A DNA stretch of 64,000 bases from Marsupella aquatica (Eukaryota > Plantae > Marchantiophyta), in assembly GCA_973895155.1 (NCBI GenBank), contig OZ316892.1, positions 124,001 to 188,000 on the forward strand, given 5' to 3'. The notes beneath the pieces were generated by a model. The model saw only the letters and a program-made list of their open reading frames with translations. It ran no database searches and was not told the origin of the DNA. Shown here in pieces: positions 11,301 to 21,960 of the stretch (position 1 is the first letter of the stretch; every line of letters begins with the position of its first letter). Both the position numbers and the translations under genes were made by a program.

Positions 11301-14300
11301 GGAGACTACGACTATGGAGGAGGAATATGATTCAGAGGTCACCTCAGATGAAGACGAGGATGAAGTATACATGGTGAAACTGATTTCTCACCTCACGGAG
11401 GAAGATGTTTTTGGCCCCGGAGTTGCTACTCAAGAGCATGCAGTAGAGGAATCAGTTAGCCAAGTGCACGCTGTTCTAGAAGAGATGGAAGACGAGCGAA
11501 GCAAAATTGTGGAGGCTGAACCTCTAGAGATTCATGATAGGGAGGCAGAGGATCACCCCGAGGAGGTGGAAATGCAAGCCCACACGATCATGTTTGATGA
11601 TGAGCAAAGAGAGCAGTTTTTGAATGACATCCTGGATGATGACTTTAGAGAGGAGCTATTGTCACATTACAAAGAATCTGACGTTGAAGAAATAATGGCC
11701 CATGTGACAAAGGATCCACCTCCATCCCGACCAGACCAGGAGGAGAGTGATGCACCGGTGTATGGAGGGATGAGGCTCGCACGGTTGGAAGAAACCTTTG
11801 ATGAGGAGACACGCAACAAGTTGGACGTGATCAGGCCGGAGCAGTACACAAAGGTGGAAGTGGGTGAGGGCAAGACACTCAACATTGGTAGTAAGTTGGA
11901 TGCTACGGAGCAACGCACGATTCAGGAATTGTTGAAAGAGTACCAAGACGTATTTGCGTGGAGCCACCAAGATTTGAAAGGAGTGCCACCTGAGTTTGGT
12001 GAGCACAGCATTGACCTGATGTCAGGAGCACGACCTGTGAGGCAACGCCAATACCGCCTCAACCCCAAATACTCACTCATGGTGAAGGAGGAGATTGACC
12101 GTTTGTTGGATGCAGGATTCATTTATCCGGTCATGCATAGTGAGTGGGTGTCACCCATCGTAATCGTGCCCAAGAAAAAGGGGCCAGACGGGAAGGTGAA
12201 AATACGGGTGTGCCAAGATTTTCGAAAGTTGAATGATGCGACCAAGAAGGATCACTACCCGCTACCGTTCACGGATATCGTGTTGGACATGGTAGCAGGT
12301 TGGGAGATATACAGCTTCTTGGATGGCTACTCTGGGTACAACCAAATCTGGATACGGGAGGAGGACCAACTCAAGACGGCTTTCACAACAGAGTGGGGGA
12401 TTTTTGCATTCCGGAGAATGCCTTTTGGGTTGTGCAATGCCCCTGGCATGTTCCAACGGCTCATGATGAATATATTTCATGACTTTTTACGCAGGTTCTT
12501 GGAGATCTTTATTGATGACTTTGCTGTCTACGGCAAACGAGTCAAGCATCCGGAACACTTACGGTTGACTTTTCAGCGGTGCCGGGAGACTTGCCTGAAG
12601 CTGCATCCGGAGAAATGTTTCTTTGGAATTGAGGAGGGAATCCTATTGGGCCACAAAGTGTCTGCACGAGGGATTGAAGTTGATCGTGAGAAGGTCGCCG
12701 TGTGGGTAGCAGTCTCATTTCCCAAGAATGTGAAGGAAGTGAGAGGGTTCTTGGGGTGTGTTGGCTACTACCGACGCTTCATCAAAGACTTTGCCAAGGT
12801 AGCCATGCCACTCACTTCCATGTTGAAAAAAGGAAGTGAGTTTGAACCTACTCCTTCCCGTCAGGCTGCTTTTGATGAATTGAAGAAACGATTGCTAGAG
12901 GCCCCCGTGCTCATTACGCCCAATTGGAATAAGGAATTCCATGTTTACGTAGACGTATCAGGATTTTGCATCGGTGCCGTTTTGAGTCAGTTAGATGATG
13001 ATGGAAGAGACCATCCCATCTACTTTGCCAGTAGGCAGTTGGCCCCGGCAGAGAAAAACTACTCACCCACCGATAGGGAGGCACTTGGTATCATCTACGC
13101 TTGTAAGAAGTATCGTCATTATTTGTTGGGGTACAAGGTTGTGTTCCACACGGATCACAACAGCTTGAAATACATGGTCAACAAGCCAGATCTGTCCGGG
13201 AGAATTGCACGTTGGGTTTTGTTGCTACAAGAGTTCAACTATGAGGTGAGAGTAAGATCGGGGAAGAGTCATAGCAATGCAGACTTCTTCTCCCGTATTG
13301 AGGGAGCATCTGACTCCCAGGAGATTGATGATCGGTTCCCGGATGAGGAAGTGTTCAGCGTGAATACAGAGGCCACTACTTGGTATGGAGAAATTTTGGA
13401 ATTTCTCCGCACGGCTAGAGTTCCCTCACGTTTGGGCCCGGAGAGAGCAGCAGTGTTTTTGCGTAAGACAGGTCCCTACTTGCTTGTGAAGGGAGTACTT
13501 CACAAGTACGGCATGGATGGCCGACTTCGTCGTTGTTTGGAGGAAGCGGAGATACGTACAGTCATGGCAGCATTACATGAGGAGGAAGCTGGTGGCCACT
13601 TTGCACGGGAGACCACCGCAAGGAAAATACTAGATGCTGGATATTGGTGGCCAACTCTCTTTCGGGATGTACACCGGTACATCCAGCGATGTGATCCGTG
13701 CCAGCGTCAAGGCAAACCAGGGCCCTCCTCACGACACCCATTGGTGCCCATACTTCCTCTTGCACCCTTTGAGAAGTGGGGGGTGGACTTCATTGGCCCT
13801 TTCACTCCCATCACACGAAGAGGGAGGAAGCGCTACATCATTCTTGCAACGGACTATGCCACCAAGTGGGTGGAGGCCCGAGCTACTGCCAAGGATGATG
13901 CCAACACCACGGCACGTTTTTTGTATGAGCAGATTTTTACACGATTTGGTCCACCATTGGAGTTGGTAAGTGACAGGGGTACTCACTTCCTCAATCATAC
14001 GATTGAACGTTTGACGGAGAACTACTTGATCTCACATAGGAAGACCACTCCGTACCACCCTCGAGCCAACGGGCTCACTGAGAGAGCCAACGGGATCATG
14101 GGCAAGATCCTCAACAAAACGGTATCCGCTCACAAGACCGATTGGGATTTGAAGTTGTTGGCTGCCACTTACGCTTACAACCTGGCTCACAAGACTACCA
14201 CGGGCCACAGCCCCTATTTCCTTGTGTTTGGACAACACTCTCTTGTGCCGGTGGAATTTGAGGTTCCAACCATTCGAATCCTAACACGGGAAAGGGAAGG

Positions 14301-14715
14301 GGCAGAAGAAAGTGTCGCTTCACGGATCCAACAGTTGGAGCAACTCACGGAGACACGAGAAGAGGCTTTGACACATACGGAGCAGGAGCAAGGCAAACGC
14401 AAGTCACATTACGATTCCCGTCTCCGTCGTGTGTCCATTGAGGAGGGAGATTTGGTGCTCCTCTACGATAGCCGCTTCATGCATTTCCCCGGGAAGTTGC
14501 ATACACGGTGGATGGGACCCTACGTAGTGGATGCCGTCTACTCCAACGGCTCGGTTCAACTCAAGACATTGGAGGGGCAACTACTCAACACACGGATCAA
14601 TCAAGAGCGCCTAAAGAAGTACTACACGGAGGAAGAGTATGGTGCTCGCGGGGGCGCTTCGCAATTAAGAGAGGAGCTATGTGACGGGTACCCCGTCACG
14701 GGAAGTCACACATAA
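8317..14715 (+). CDS. gag-pol: Gag-Pol polyprotein (2132 aa)
   Basis: Retrotransposon Gag; three CCHC knuckles (CTKCMKFGHAPKEC, CYNCRVAGHYANVC, CQLCKGEGHLAPHC); protease VDGGSGVN; RT (LDGYSGYNQI, MPFGLCNAP, FIDD); RNase H (YVDVSG, DREALG, TDH); integrase (GGHF..CDPC, WGVDF, SDRG, NGLTER); GPY motif; no chromodomain. Confidence 0.97.
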   Translation: MPRGRRGGRGSPQHTRTPRSELEGGPSWIGTRRRVAAEERLRLAEERRLPLVLEEQVGVQQEEAQRNEAICPDEEPDIDHEREEGEPFVLVQSELQNLIPELTALPQIISHLSSVLLPVAQQAPLPPVLIQAPAAPMAAAQRTRVQYVPFKGRPKDDPDEWIEEFEGIAEANGESAHKLTIIPGMMRGEAGPWFISLLANVKADWALFKQAFLKEFRSIGVEATSLLKVGQLRMKKKESLRRFLQRFQKLVRRIQARTDDAMRQAWFVAALPSKMGFFVRQAKPTTLAEAIAAAESYTAADATSKRCRRKKLKPVDSSSSEESSGSDSDSSDESEDSESTTESDTTESEAERRRRKKKKLSKKVKKSSHREVILPTVAVTPLSTARRLKEQEARYDELTEQMKALKVHFAGLKPERRKVPVERANVWCTKCMKFGHAPKECPAGEPAKVFQVREEDVEGASYSNPSYAAEGPIEYFMEEPPEANVYSVQPLNPGPRSIHGVSTNAGAPAYSNYPNANPGNRPPYPGVRKIPICYNCRVAGHYANVCPEPTRQGNGDFARLCQLCKGEGHLAPHCPTLEAFKAQPIGAQEKKGPPPPLKEASVNFLTTEAVDTPLITRREETVVNIPKQRMTTITEEVVPLVVVVSPVVEIPVVVVATSTEVEVANPSPPSHEWTHAENLPEEDSDEERRHYSCYRVSTRSGKKKGKSELKQKYKEVHQASTSGTSHEPEVPPMEDSDFDRDNPKLFYPKVGEEVRKQLEELEAQAMQAAIDKDMEEAKARKKAEERVVRWKPGEEVIPPIPPATAYNIAQDILDCPVSATIGQLLRDSSLYRRQVKEILMRRRRRRRLPKVGADPIQVNWVTEDLGAPELTVDINGCAIRFVPVDGGSGVNIMTEETANRLGYTELEPPARAMRLADGARVVPLGCLTKIPTMIGGKSFPLNYLVMRPVRPYGFPILIGRPWLYVAKVTSDWGKRQFRFGIPTITIPWSAESPHGETTTMEEEYDSEVTSDEDEDEVYMVKLISHLTEEDVFGPGVATQEHAVEESVSQVHAVLEEMEDERSKIVEAEPLEIHDREAEDHPEEVEMQAHTIMFDDEQREQFLNDILDDDFREELLSHYKESDVEEIMAHVTKDPPPSRPDQEESDAPVYGGMRLARLEETFDEETRNKLDVIRPEQYTKVEVGEGKTLNIGSKLDATEQRTIQELLKEYQDVFAWSHQDLKGVPPEFGEHSIDLMSGARPVRQRQYRLNPKYSLMVKEEIDRLLDAGFIYPVMHSEWVSPIVIVPKKKGPDGKVKIRVCQDFRKLNDATKKDHYPLPFTDIVLDMVAGWEIYSFLDGYSGYNQIWIREEDQLKTAFTTEWGIFAFRRMPFGLCNAPGMFQRLMMNIFHDFLRRFLEIFIDDFAVYGKRVKHPEHLRLTFQRCRETCLKLHPEKCFFGIEEGILLGHKVSARGIEVDREKVAVWVAVSFPKNVKEVRGFLGCVGYYRRFIKDFAKVAMPLTSMLKKGSEFEPTPSRQAAFDELKKRLLEAPVLITPNWNKEFHVYVDVSGFCIGAVLSQLDDDGRDHPIYFASRQLAPAEKNYSPTDREALGIIYACKKYRHYLLGYKVVFHTDHNSLKYMVNKPDLSGRIARWVLLLQEFNYEVRVRSGKSHSNADFFSRIEGASDSQEIDDRFPDEEVFSVNTEATTWYGEILEFLRTARVPSRLGPERAAVFLRKTGPYLLVKGVLHKYGMDGRLRRCLEEAEIRTVMAALHEEEAGGHFARETTARKILDAGYWWPTLFRDVHRYIQRCDPCQRQGKPGPSSRHPLVPILPLAPFEKWGVDFIGPFTPITRRGRKRYIILATDYATKWVEARATAKDDANTTARFLYEQIFTRFGPPLELVSDRGTHFLNHTIERLTENYLISHRKTTPYHPRANGLTERANGIMGKILNKTVSAHKTDWDLKLLAATYAYNLAHKTTTGHSPYFLVFGQHSLVPVEFEVPTIRILTREREGAEESVASRIQQLEQLTETREEALTHTEQEQGKRKSHYDSRLRRVSIEEGDLVLLYDSRFMHFPGKLHTRWMGPYVVDAVYSNGSVQLKTLEGQLLNTRINQERLKKYYTEEEYGARGGASQLREELCDGYPVTGSHT
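14667..14679 (+). promoter_or_regulatory. Polypurine tract
   Basis: AAGAGAGGAGCTA immediately before the 3' LTR TG. Confidence 0.8.
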
Positions 14716-17700
14716 CTGGTTGCAAAGGCCGATACCTTGTTAATAGTCAATGTAAATAAGCCATTTTTTAATTTTTAGTTAATTCCGTCATTATAGGTTG
14801 ATGATGCCCCAGGTGACTTTATATTCTTTCTCTCATAATAGTTCTAAGATTTGCGGCGACCTAAGTGGGCAAATATTTTGGGACCTTGAAACTAGCCAGG
14901 ACCAGCCCCATAGGACTTACCGTTTTGCTTCAAGAGCTATTGTTGAGACCCCCATTGCAAAGTCAGGAGAGGGGGGGGTTTTTTTTTAAATAAATCCCTC
15001 CTCAGGAGGGCGAGTCCCATTAGTGGCCGTCCGAGAGAAAGAGGGGCTGCCTCGCGAGCCCATAGGGCTGCGTGCCCGGGCGATTAATGGGGCTCCGCGA
15101 GCTGAAGGGGCTGCCTCGCGAGCCCATAGGGCTGCGTGCCCGGGCAATTAATGAGGCTCCGCGAGCTGAAGGAGCGCAAGCGAGCGGGGGGGGGGGAGTT
15201 AAAGGGCCTCCCGCGAGCTGGGAGGATCACGCGAGCGGGGGGGAGTTAAAGGGCCTCCCGCGAGCTGGGAGGATCACGCGAGCGGGGGGGAGTTAAAGGG
15301 CCTCCCGCGAGCTGGGAGGATCACGCGAGCGGGGGGGAGTTGAAGGGCCTCCCGCGAGCCGGGAGGAATGGCCGCGCGCCCTGCATAGGGCCGCGCGCAG
15401 GAGGACGCAAGGGTAAGGCCCGAGAAATGGGCCGGGGCGCATGGCGAAGGCGCCAGGAGTTTTTTCGGTTCTATTTTTTTTTCCTTCCTTTTTCTTTCCC
15501 TCTTCCTTTTGCACGACCCTCTCATTGCCGAAAGCAAAAACGGGGTTCTTCTCTCTCTTGCCGGAAGCTCTCTCCAGATTCTAATTATTTTTGAAGCTCT
15601 CTCTTTCATGGTGGATTAGTGGGGCTTGCTGGCGTCATTCTTCCAGGCATTAGTGGCGGCCGCACGGAGTAGTGACGGGAAATTGAGAGAATTTAAGTGA
15701 TCGGGCTACGGGGGCTGTTTCGGGCCAGGGAATTGACATTGCCACGGGTGACGGGATTGGTGATTGAGAAATTGATTTCGGGATGCATGGATGCTAGATC
15801 AACCAGAGTTTAGTGCGTCACGCATTCGGAGATACAAGGCTGCTTACCGTGACTACGTGGAGACTCGGATTACACGGGAAAGGGAAGAGAGAGAAGTTAT
15901 GATGAGCACGGGATTGGCAGCGGGTTCCTCACCGGTGGGTAGGAAGATTTTTCGTCGAATTTATCCCAAGACCTCCACCAAGGTGATGGAGGATTGTCGG
16001 AACATTTTCCAAGCCACCGGGCTTACAGAATTCATGAAGGTGGAGATTACCATCCCTTCAGGGAAGAGCTGGGACATTGAGGCCGGGATGGAGTTCCGAA
16101 CGGAGGGAATCTACTTTGAATGTCTCAAACGTGTAGTGCCCCATGTGGAGTTGGCTAAGCTATTGTTTCTTGAGAATCAGAAATTCTCATTCACACCTCC
16201 GAATATCAGGGGAGAACTCACGTTGAAAATGGTGGCCACTTGGGTGACCAATCCTACCTCCACCACCGCCATCCCTCTTTCTGCTGTCAAGGATGTTGAG
16301 TATAAGGGCTTCCTGGCCAAGGTGCATCAACGGGTTCTTGGCAACGTGCAATCCGGAGTGCTGAATGAGGAGCATTTCGTGGTAGCTATGGACATCAAGA
16401 ACTACCCAGCCCATGTGTACGGATGGTGGTGCTATGGATTGAAGAAGCTATTGGCCGCTGAGCCCGGGAGTGTGAAACCAGGTGGGGCTGTACATTTGAT
16501 GGGGTCATTTGTATTGGCCAGGGCAGAAGGGTTGATTGGTTCTCCGGGGCATGAAGACACGGGATCATCTCTCACCACGGAGATCCGGAGTATTGCCACT
16601 ACCGTTTTAGGGAAGCTCACGGAGGAATCATTGTCTGCTGGTGGGGAGGATAATAGAGAAGAAGAGAACCAGGAGGATGATTGCACATTGGAGTGGCTTG
16701 AATCACTCGTGGGAGATCCGAAACAGCCTCTGGAATACAACATTCCGGATGTTTACTTGGCAGAGCTACGGGATTTCAGAGAGGGAGTCCACGAGGGACT
16801 CAAGCTAGTCCACGCATTGAGGGAGTCTCTCAAGCACGCCACAGTCAAAGTAGAGACGTTAGAGCAGAGCATCCTGTCACTGAAGGAGGTGATCAAGACC
16901 AAGGAGCAGACCATTCATGAGAAGGTCAGGCACATCAATGCAGCTCACGTAGAGATCACCAACTTGAAGGGAGCTTTGTCCACCAAGGCCAAGGAAGCAG
17001 AAGAAGTAGGAGCGTTGAGGCAAGCATTGGCCAAAGAGAAGCAAAATTCTGGAGAAGTGATGGAGTGGAGGAACCAGGTGGGAGCACTACGGAGTCAGGT
17101 GGCAGCCTTTGAGACACGAGCGAAGAGAAGTGAGGCCCTGAGTCTAGGGAAACGGAAGAGTCCCGGCACACCTGGCTCCACACTTTCCCCGGATGTGATC
17201 TCCCAAGCTATCGAGATGGTGGTGAAGGAGGTTAGTGGGAAGTATGGACCCTTGTTGGATGGAGCCAAGAAGAGTCAGGAGAAGAGTAAGAGCTTGGAGA
17301 AGAAGCTCCGGGAGGTACGGAAATCGTTACGGGAGGCTCAGGTCAGTACGGGGATGCCACCCAGGTCTGTCACCCCCGGGACTCCCATGGCCACGGGGCA
17401 AGTTCTACCGTTGGAGTTGCGGTCCGGAGAAGAGGCTACCCTCTGGAAGGACACAATTGGTGAGGGGTACATCAAGGCGTGGCAGGCCTTGGCTGCTTTG
17501 AGGAAGCGCGGGAGCAGCAGCACTAAGAGTACTCCGTCGAAGAAGAAGAAAAGTACGGTGGCACTCACTCCCGTGAGTGATGAGGAGGAGGACCACTCAC
17601 GGGGCACAAGTCCGGGCACCGAGAGCGAAGAAGAAGAGGAGGATTAGATAGGCGTACGGACGTGGGTGTACGGCCTCCAGATTTCCAACATTTTAGTGGG

Positions 17701-18758
17701 GGGTCACTCATGGGCTTGTTGGGATGAGCTCGCGGAGCTGATTCCAACAAGAGGCGGCGCTCCTCAAACGGAGCCAGGATGAGCAAGTTATGGCCTGGAG
17801 AACTTATGTTTTTGCGGTACGGAAACGGCCATAACTCAGGCGTCTGAAGTCCGTTGAGGGAGCGACTTAGTGATTCGGAAGCAGGAAAAGAAGAGCTATC
17901 CAGGGGTGAGCTCAGGTGTGCACTTGGAAGGGCACCTAGTTTCGGCCATTTTGGGGTGCCTCTCACTTTCAGGGTTCACGTGTACTGTTGGGGCGCCGTC
18001 GAAGGCACCGTCGGCCCCCTTGTTTTGGGTTTAGGGTTTTAGCAGCATGTGTGTGCCGCATGCTCCTCTTCAGTTTAAGGATTTCTCTTAGTGCAAGGTT
18101 TTAGCGGCGCCGCTAGGGTAGCCGCCACCGTTGTGACCCTGTGAGGGGTGCTTTGGTGTGATTTTTCAGTATTTAGGGGGATAGCCCCGAAGTAGTTAGG
18201 GGGACTCAGTGTGAAGTTAGCAAGGAGGGATAGAGTGGAGCCTGAGGAGTTTGAAAGCGTGTTCAGAGTAGTGAGGGGGAGCCATACTCATTGTCCGGAG
18301 AGGCAGGAGTTGAGTAGACGGCAGGAGGCCGGGTTACTCATGCAATGTGTATCGTTTTTCCCAAGAGATATGGATCTGTACATTTGACTTGATGGGCTTT
18401 TGTTGTGTGTTCCTTCTCCCTTTTTCGCTTTCCGAATTGTGTTCTCCCGTTCTATGATTTGAAGAAACTTGCTTGGTTTGAGTCGGCCTTGTGAGTAGGG
18501 GTGGTGACAGCACTCTTTGGGTGACTCCGAGTGAAGGTGTAGTGGGGTAGTCGGCAGGACTTGATCAAAAGCTGTGGGGTGAGGGTAGTCGGTAGACTTG
18601 ATCAAAACCTACATTTCCGGGAGCGGAAACCAAAATACTCATCCTGGTGTGAAAAGAATCCAAATAGCGTCCCTCCACGACCCCGTAATACGATACCAAC
18701 GGTTTAAGCGAAGAAAAGTGCGGTTTGCACGTATTAACCGTTGGAGAGGCAAGTGACA
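14680..18758 (+). repeat. 3' LTR (4079 bp)
   Basis: Near-identical to the 5' LTR (4 substitutions spotted by eye); followed by TSD GAGTG. Confidence 0.97.
15791..17647 (+). CDS. Second copy of the LTR-encoded 618-aa protein
   Basis: Identical to 5094-6950 except one R>P change (TPRN vs TPPN) and a synonymous TAC/TAT. Confidence 0.85.
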   Translation: MLDQPEFSASRIRRYKAAYRDYVETRITREREEREVMMSTGLAAGSSPVGRKIFRRIYPKTSTKVMEDCRNIFQATGLTEFMKVEITIPSGKSWDIEAGMEFRTEGIYFECLKRVVPHVELAKLLFLENQKFSFTPPNIRGELTLKMVATWVTNPTSTTAIPLSAVKDVEYKGFLAKVHQRVLGNVQSGVLNEEHFVVAMDIKNYPAHVYGWWCYGLKKLLAAEPGSVKPGGAVHLMGSFVLARAEGLIGSPGHEDTGSSLTTEIRSIATTVLGKLTEESLSAGGEDNREEENQEDDCTLEWLESLVGDPKQPLEYNIPDVYLAELRDFREGVHEGLKLVHALRESLKHATVKVETLEQSILSLKEVIKTKEQTIHEKVRHINAAHVEITNLKGALSTKAKEAEEVGALRQALAKEKQNSGEVMEWRNQVGALRSQVAAFETRAKRSEALSLGKRKSPGTPGSTLSPDVISQAIEMVVKEVSGKYGPLLDGAKKSQEKSKSLEKKLREVRKSLREAQVSTGMPPRSVTPGTPMATGQVLPLELRSGEEATLWKDTIGEGYIKAWQALAALRKRGSSSTKSTPSKKKKSTVALTPVSDEEEDHSRGTSPGTESEEEEED

Positions 18759-19046
18759 GAGTGCAACAAAACAGGAGATTACCTACTATCATCGACAAAA
18801 CATGACATAATTCTGGACAAAAAGGAGACCAAGTTCAATCGGAACTCCAATATTTTTAGGGCTGAATAGAACAATATCGGAAGCCCCTTTTACTAGCGCC
18901 GAGCGCTACCCAAATACTTGTTGCCAGATAAAACAACATTCCAAAATGCCCGCCTTTTACTAGCGCCGAGCGCTAACAAAATGTTTGTTACCGTTAAAAA
19001 TGGCAACCCAACAATGCCCGTTCAACCTCTAGTAGACTGCTAAGAA

Positions 19047-19219
19047 TTACTCTAAACCATGCAAATTCCTCCTTCCTATGATGTAATGGAGTTCTCCAAC
19101 AGTCAAAATTGGCTGGCTTGGTAAGACCAAATCCAACGGATCAAGCTTGAAGATTGTTTTGTAAACCCAGTACAAATGTTTACAAGGCATGAAAGGTCTT
19201 CCTCAAGAATGCCGGCGAA
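19047..19219 (-). pseudogene. C-terminal end (second half of SWIM finger) of element B transposase
   Basis: Minus strand reads HS*GRPFMPCKHLYWVY...QPILTVGELHYIIGRRNLHGLE*, continuing CSCEDFFRQH at 39781 and matching element A (HSRGKSYMPCKHLYWVY). Confidence 0.85.
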
Positions 19220-19536
19220 GGACATTGTGTTTGGGAGCTGAAGGAGCGGAGAAGAGCGATGAGAGCGGTGAGAGCTTGAGCATCTCACATTTGCATTCCG
19301 GGTTTACACAAGTTTAAGATTTTTGGTAAATACGTCGTCGGTCTCATTGGATCCAGGAGCGTCAGAGCTTTTTCTCGACACCTTTTGCGCTGTGATAGAT
19401 TGCATTCAGACTAACTTATGAGCATTTGAGGTAGGACGATGTTGTAGCGGAGTCTCTGGTCTTGGTAGTCTCAACACAGACATTCATTACGGTCCTTGGA
19501 TCCTTTGCGCTCCCTATTCTGAAGCAACATTGAACT

Positions 19537-21833
19537 ATGGATTACAATTGGCGCACTGGAATGGATACTCGTGCATATGCCGGTCGAGGGCCTGGTAGAC
19601 TCGGTGCTGCTTCATCTGGAAGAGGATTTGGCAGGAATCGGTATGGCACTTCTTGGAGGAATGATGGCTCACCCTTGTCTGAGGGGGGTAATACATGTGA
19701 TGGAGATGAAATCAGGAGGGGTATAGGAGGAAATGTGCCCAGCAGATTCTCTAGGCAGGATGCGCGCGGAGGACCGAAGAATGCACCCTACGACCTTTTT
19801 GACAACTTGGCAAAGCATGACCGAAGACCACCAACTGAACAGCCTCCAAGGATTTCTCGATTCATTCCTAGAAATGGTCCTTCGTGGGCTGATCAAATGG
19901 ATGCAGATTTTCAAGAAGCTATTGTCGTTGAGGAGAGACCTCTTGCTTCCCCGCCGGGTGCGGATGCTGCTCCTCACTTGGGACCTCACCCTGTCTCTGG
20001 AGATCGCCGGAACGACCCTGTGCAGCCTGAATCTTCACATGAGCGCTGGGGTGAACGTAGAGATCCTGATCTTGGAATATCGAGGAATTACAGGGGATTG
20101 GAAAACAATGTTGAACCTACTTCCAGCCGTCAACAGGCTCACTGGAACACGTTTGCTCCCATCCATGAACACGACAACTTTTCTGGGGAAAATTCAGAAG
20201 CATGTTGGATATTCTGAAGACAATCTCGAACAATTCCAGGGAAGATTGGCCAAATAAGCTCCACACTACTTTCAAGTGGTCATTCAATGAGGCGGCCCTT
20301 TCAGTTTTGGAGCTCTACAATTGCACCATGATGTGCTACTTCACTAACCGCACTCCTCTGCTTCCAGTCTTTCGTGATTGGGTTGAAGGCATCTTCATCA
20401 GCGACATGGGTTGGCCGGTTTCGCAAATTAAATTTGTGGGCAAGAATTTTTACATGATTTTGTTTGTTCACCCAGAACACAGAGATGCAGCTTTAGAGCT
20501 GGCCCCATTTTTCATGGATCGGAAATTTGTCCACACTTTCCCGTGGGAGCCTTCTTTTGATGTGCGAAGTGAAACTTACACCAAATTACCTGTCTGGATT
20601 GAGATCCCTTTTCGTGCTCTAGTTCTTGAAGGTTGTCGGAAAAGAATCATGGAATCCCTTGGGAAACTCCTTTATTATATCCAGGGAGACGTTCGAAGCT
20701 CTTTTCCTCATGATCGTGCATGTATACTTTGGGATACGTGTCGCGAGATCCCTCAAAGTGTTGGAATCGAGATCACCGATGATATCACTATCTGGCAGCC
20801 AGTCACGTTCAAGAACATTCCCTACCACTGTTTTAGATGTAATGAACGGGGCCATTTAGCCAGACAGTGCAAAGCCTTTGAAACAGAGGAGATTAAAAAT
20901 GACAAACCTGAACCAGATAGGACACACAATGAGGCGGACGAGACGTATGCTTCTGACAGGGTGGTTCCTCGGTCCTCTGACTCTATTCACGTTGAGTCTG
21001 GGGGGTCCCTTTGGGTCCCTCTCCTCGGGCACCGGAAGAGGTCCTTGCGACAGCTGGTGCTGGCGTGGCTAGGGGATCTTTGGCTGCTAGCCCTCCAGGG
21101 GTCGATCCTCTTGATCCTACGGTTGAGAGAAATACCCTTAACATTGGTAATATCATTGCCCTTTCTAGAGGGGGTAGTGTTATTAGCCCCAGGTCACCTT
21201 TGAATCAAAATCAGACTTCGTCCCCGGCTACTATTTTGATTGATAAAGTGCGTTCTCCCAGTATTGGCACCCCGGTGGGGATTGAAGAATCTTCTCCTTC
21301 TACCACCATCCTTCCCGACTCCCCTGGCTGATCGTTCCACTGAAAATCGTCCTTCGCTTCTCAGAGACAATGCTCTCTTTGAAGATCATAGTTCACAGGA
21401 TGTTATCCCTGGCACAGTGGATTGGCCTGCTATAGAGAGAATATCTGATTCGCAGGCTTTGAGGAAGCATGGAACAGCAGAAATCGACAAGCAGGACTCC
21501 CTAGTTGCTGTACCGAGCCCTTCCTCTCTTGCAGTGGAGCCAACTTCAAACACAGATTACATGGATATTCAACCTGCCACTGATGTCGAGGAGGCTTCTC
21601 TGCGGGGTGGATCTGATACAGAGATGTCAGAATATGAGGAATATATTTCTAAGAGCCAGTTAAAGAAGGAGCGAGCAAGAAAACTAGAACTTCAAACTCC
21701 ACCTACCGACCAGAAGAAGAAGGACAAAAAGGGTGACAACAAGAAGGGACGCTCTCTCCATTACCCTGCTCGGGAACCTCCTGCTAACTCCAATTCGGTC
21801 GTCCCGACTTCCCCGGGGCGCCGTGCCAAATAA
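19537..21833 (+). pseudogene. LINE ORF1 (DUF4283-like region plus CCHC knuckle), frameshifted
   Basis: Overlapping ORFs 19537-20217, 20202-21203, 21011-21331, 21240-21833; KFVGKNFYMILF, PVWIEIP, CFRCNERGHLARQC. Confidence 0.8.
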
Positions 21834-21960
21834 GTGCTTCGAGAATCTGTTTTGGGCTTTCCTCAGGATCTGCTTATCTGCTGATCTGTATTTTCTGTTG
21901 GGATGGCCTCTCTCGTTTCCTGATTCTTACGAGAGTTGGAAGAACATTTTGAAAACTAAA

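Larger units (their letters stand above)
3983..18758 (+). mobile_element. Intact young Ty3/gypsy LTR retrotransposon (non-chromovirus, Athila/Tat-like), 14.8 kb
   Basis: Two 4079-bp LTRs (TG...CA), 5-bp TSD GAGTG (3978-3982, 18759-18763), tRNA-Asp PBS, PPT, and an uninterrupted gag-PR-RT-RH-INT ORF. Confidence 0.97.

Noticed and set aside
3983-18758. 4-kb direct repeat with a duplicated gene read as a tandem gene duplication or assembly artefact
   Set aside because: TG..CA ends, 5-bp TSD, PBS, PPT and a few substitutions identify the repeats as LTRs.
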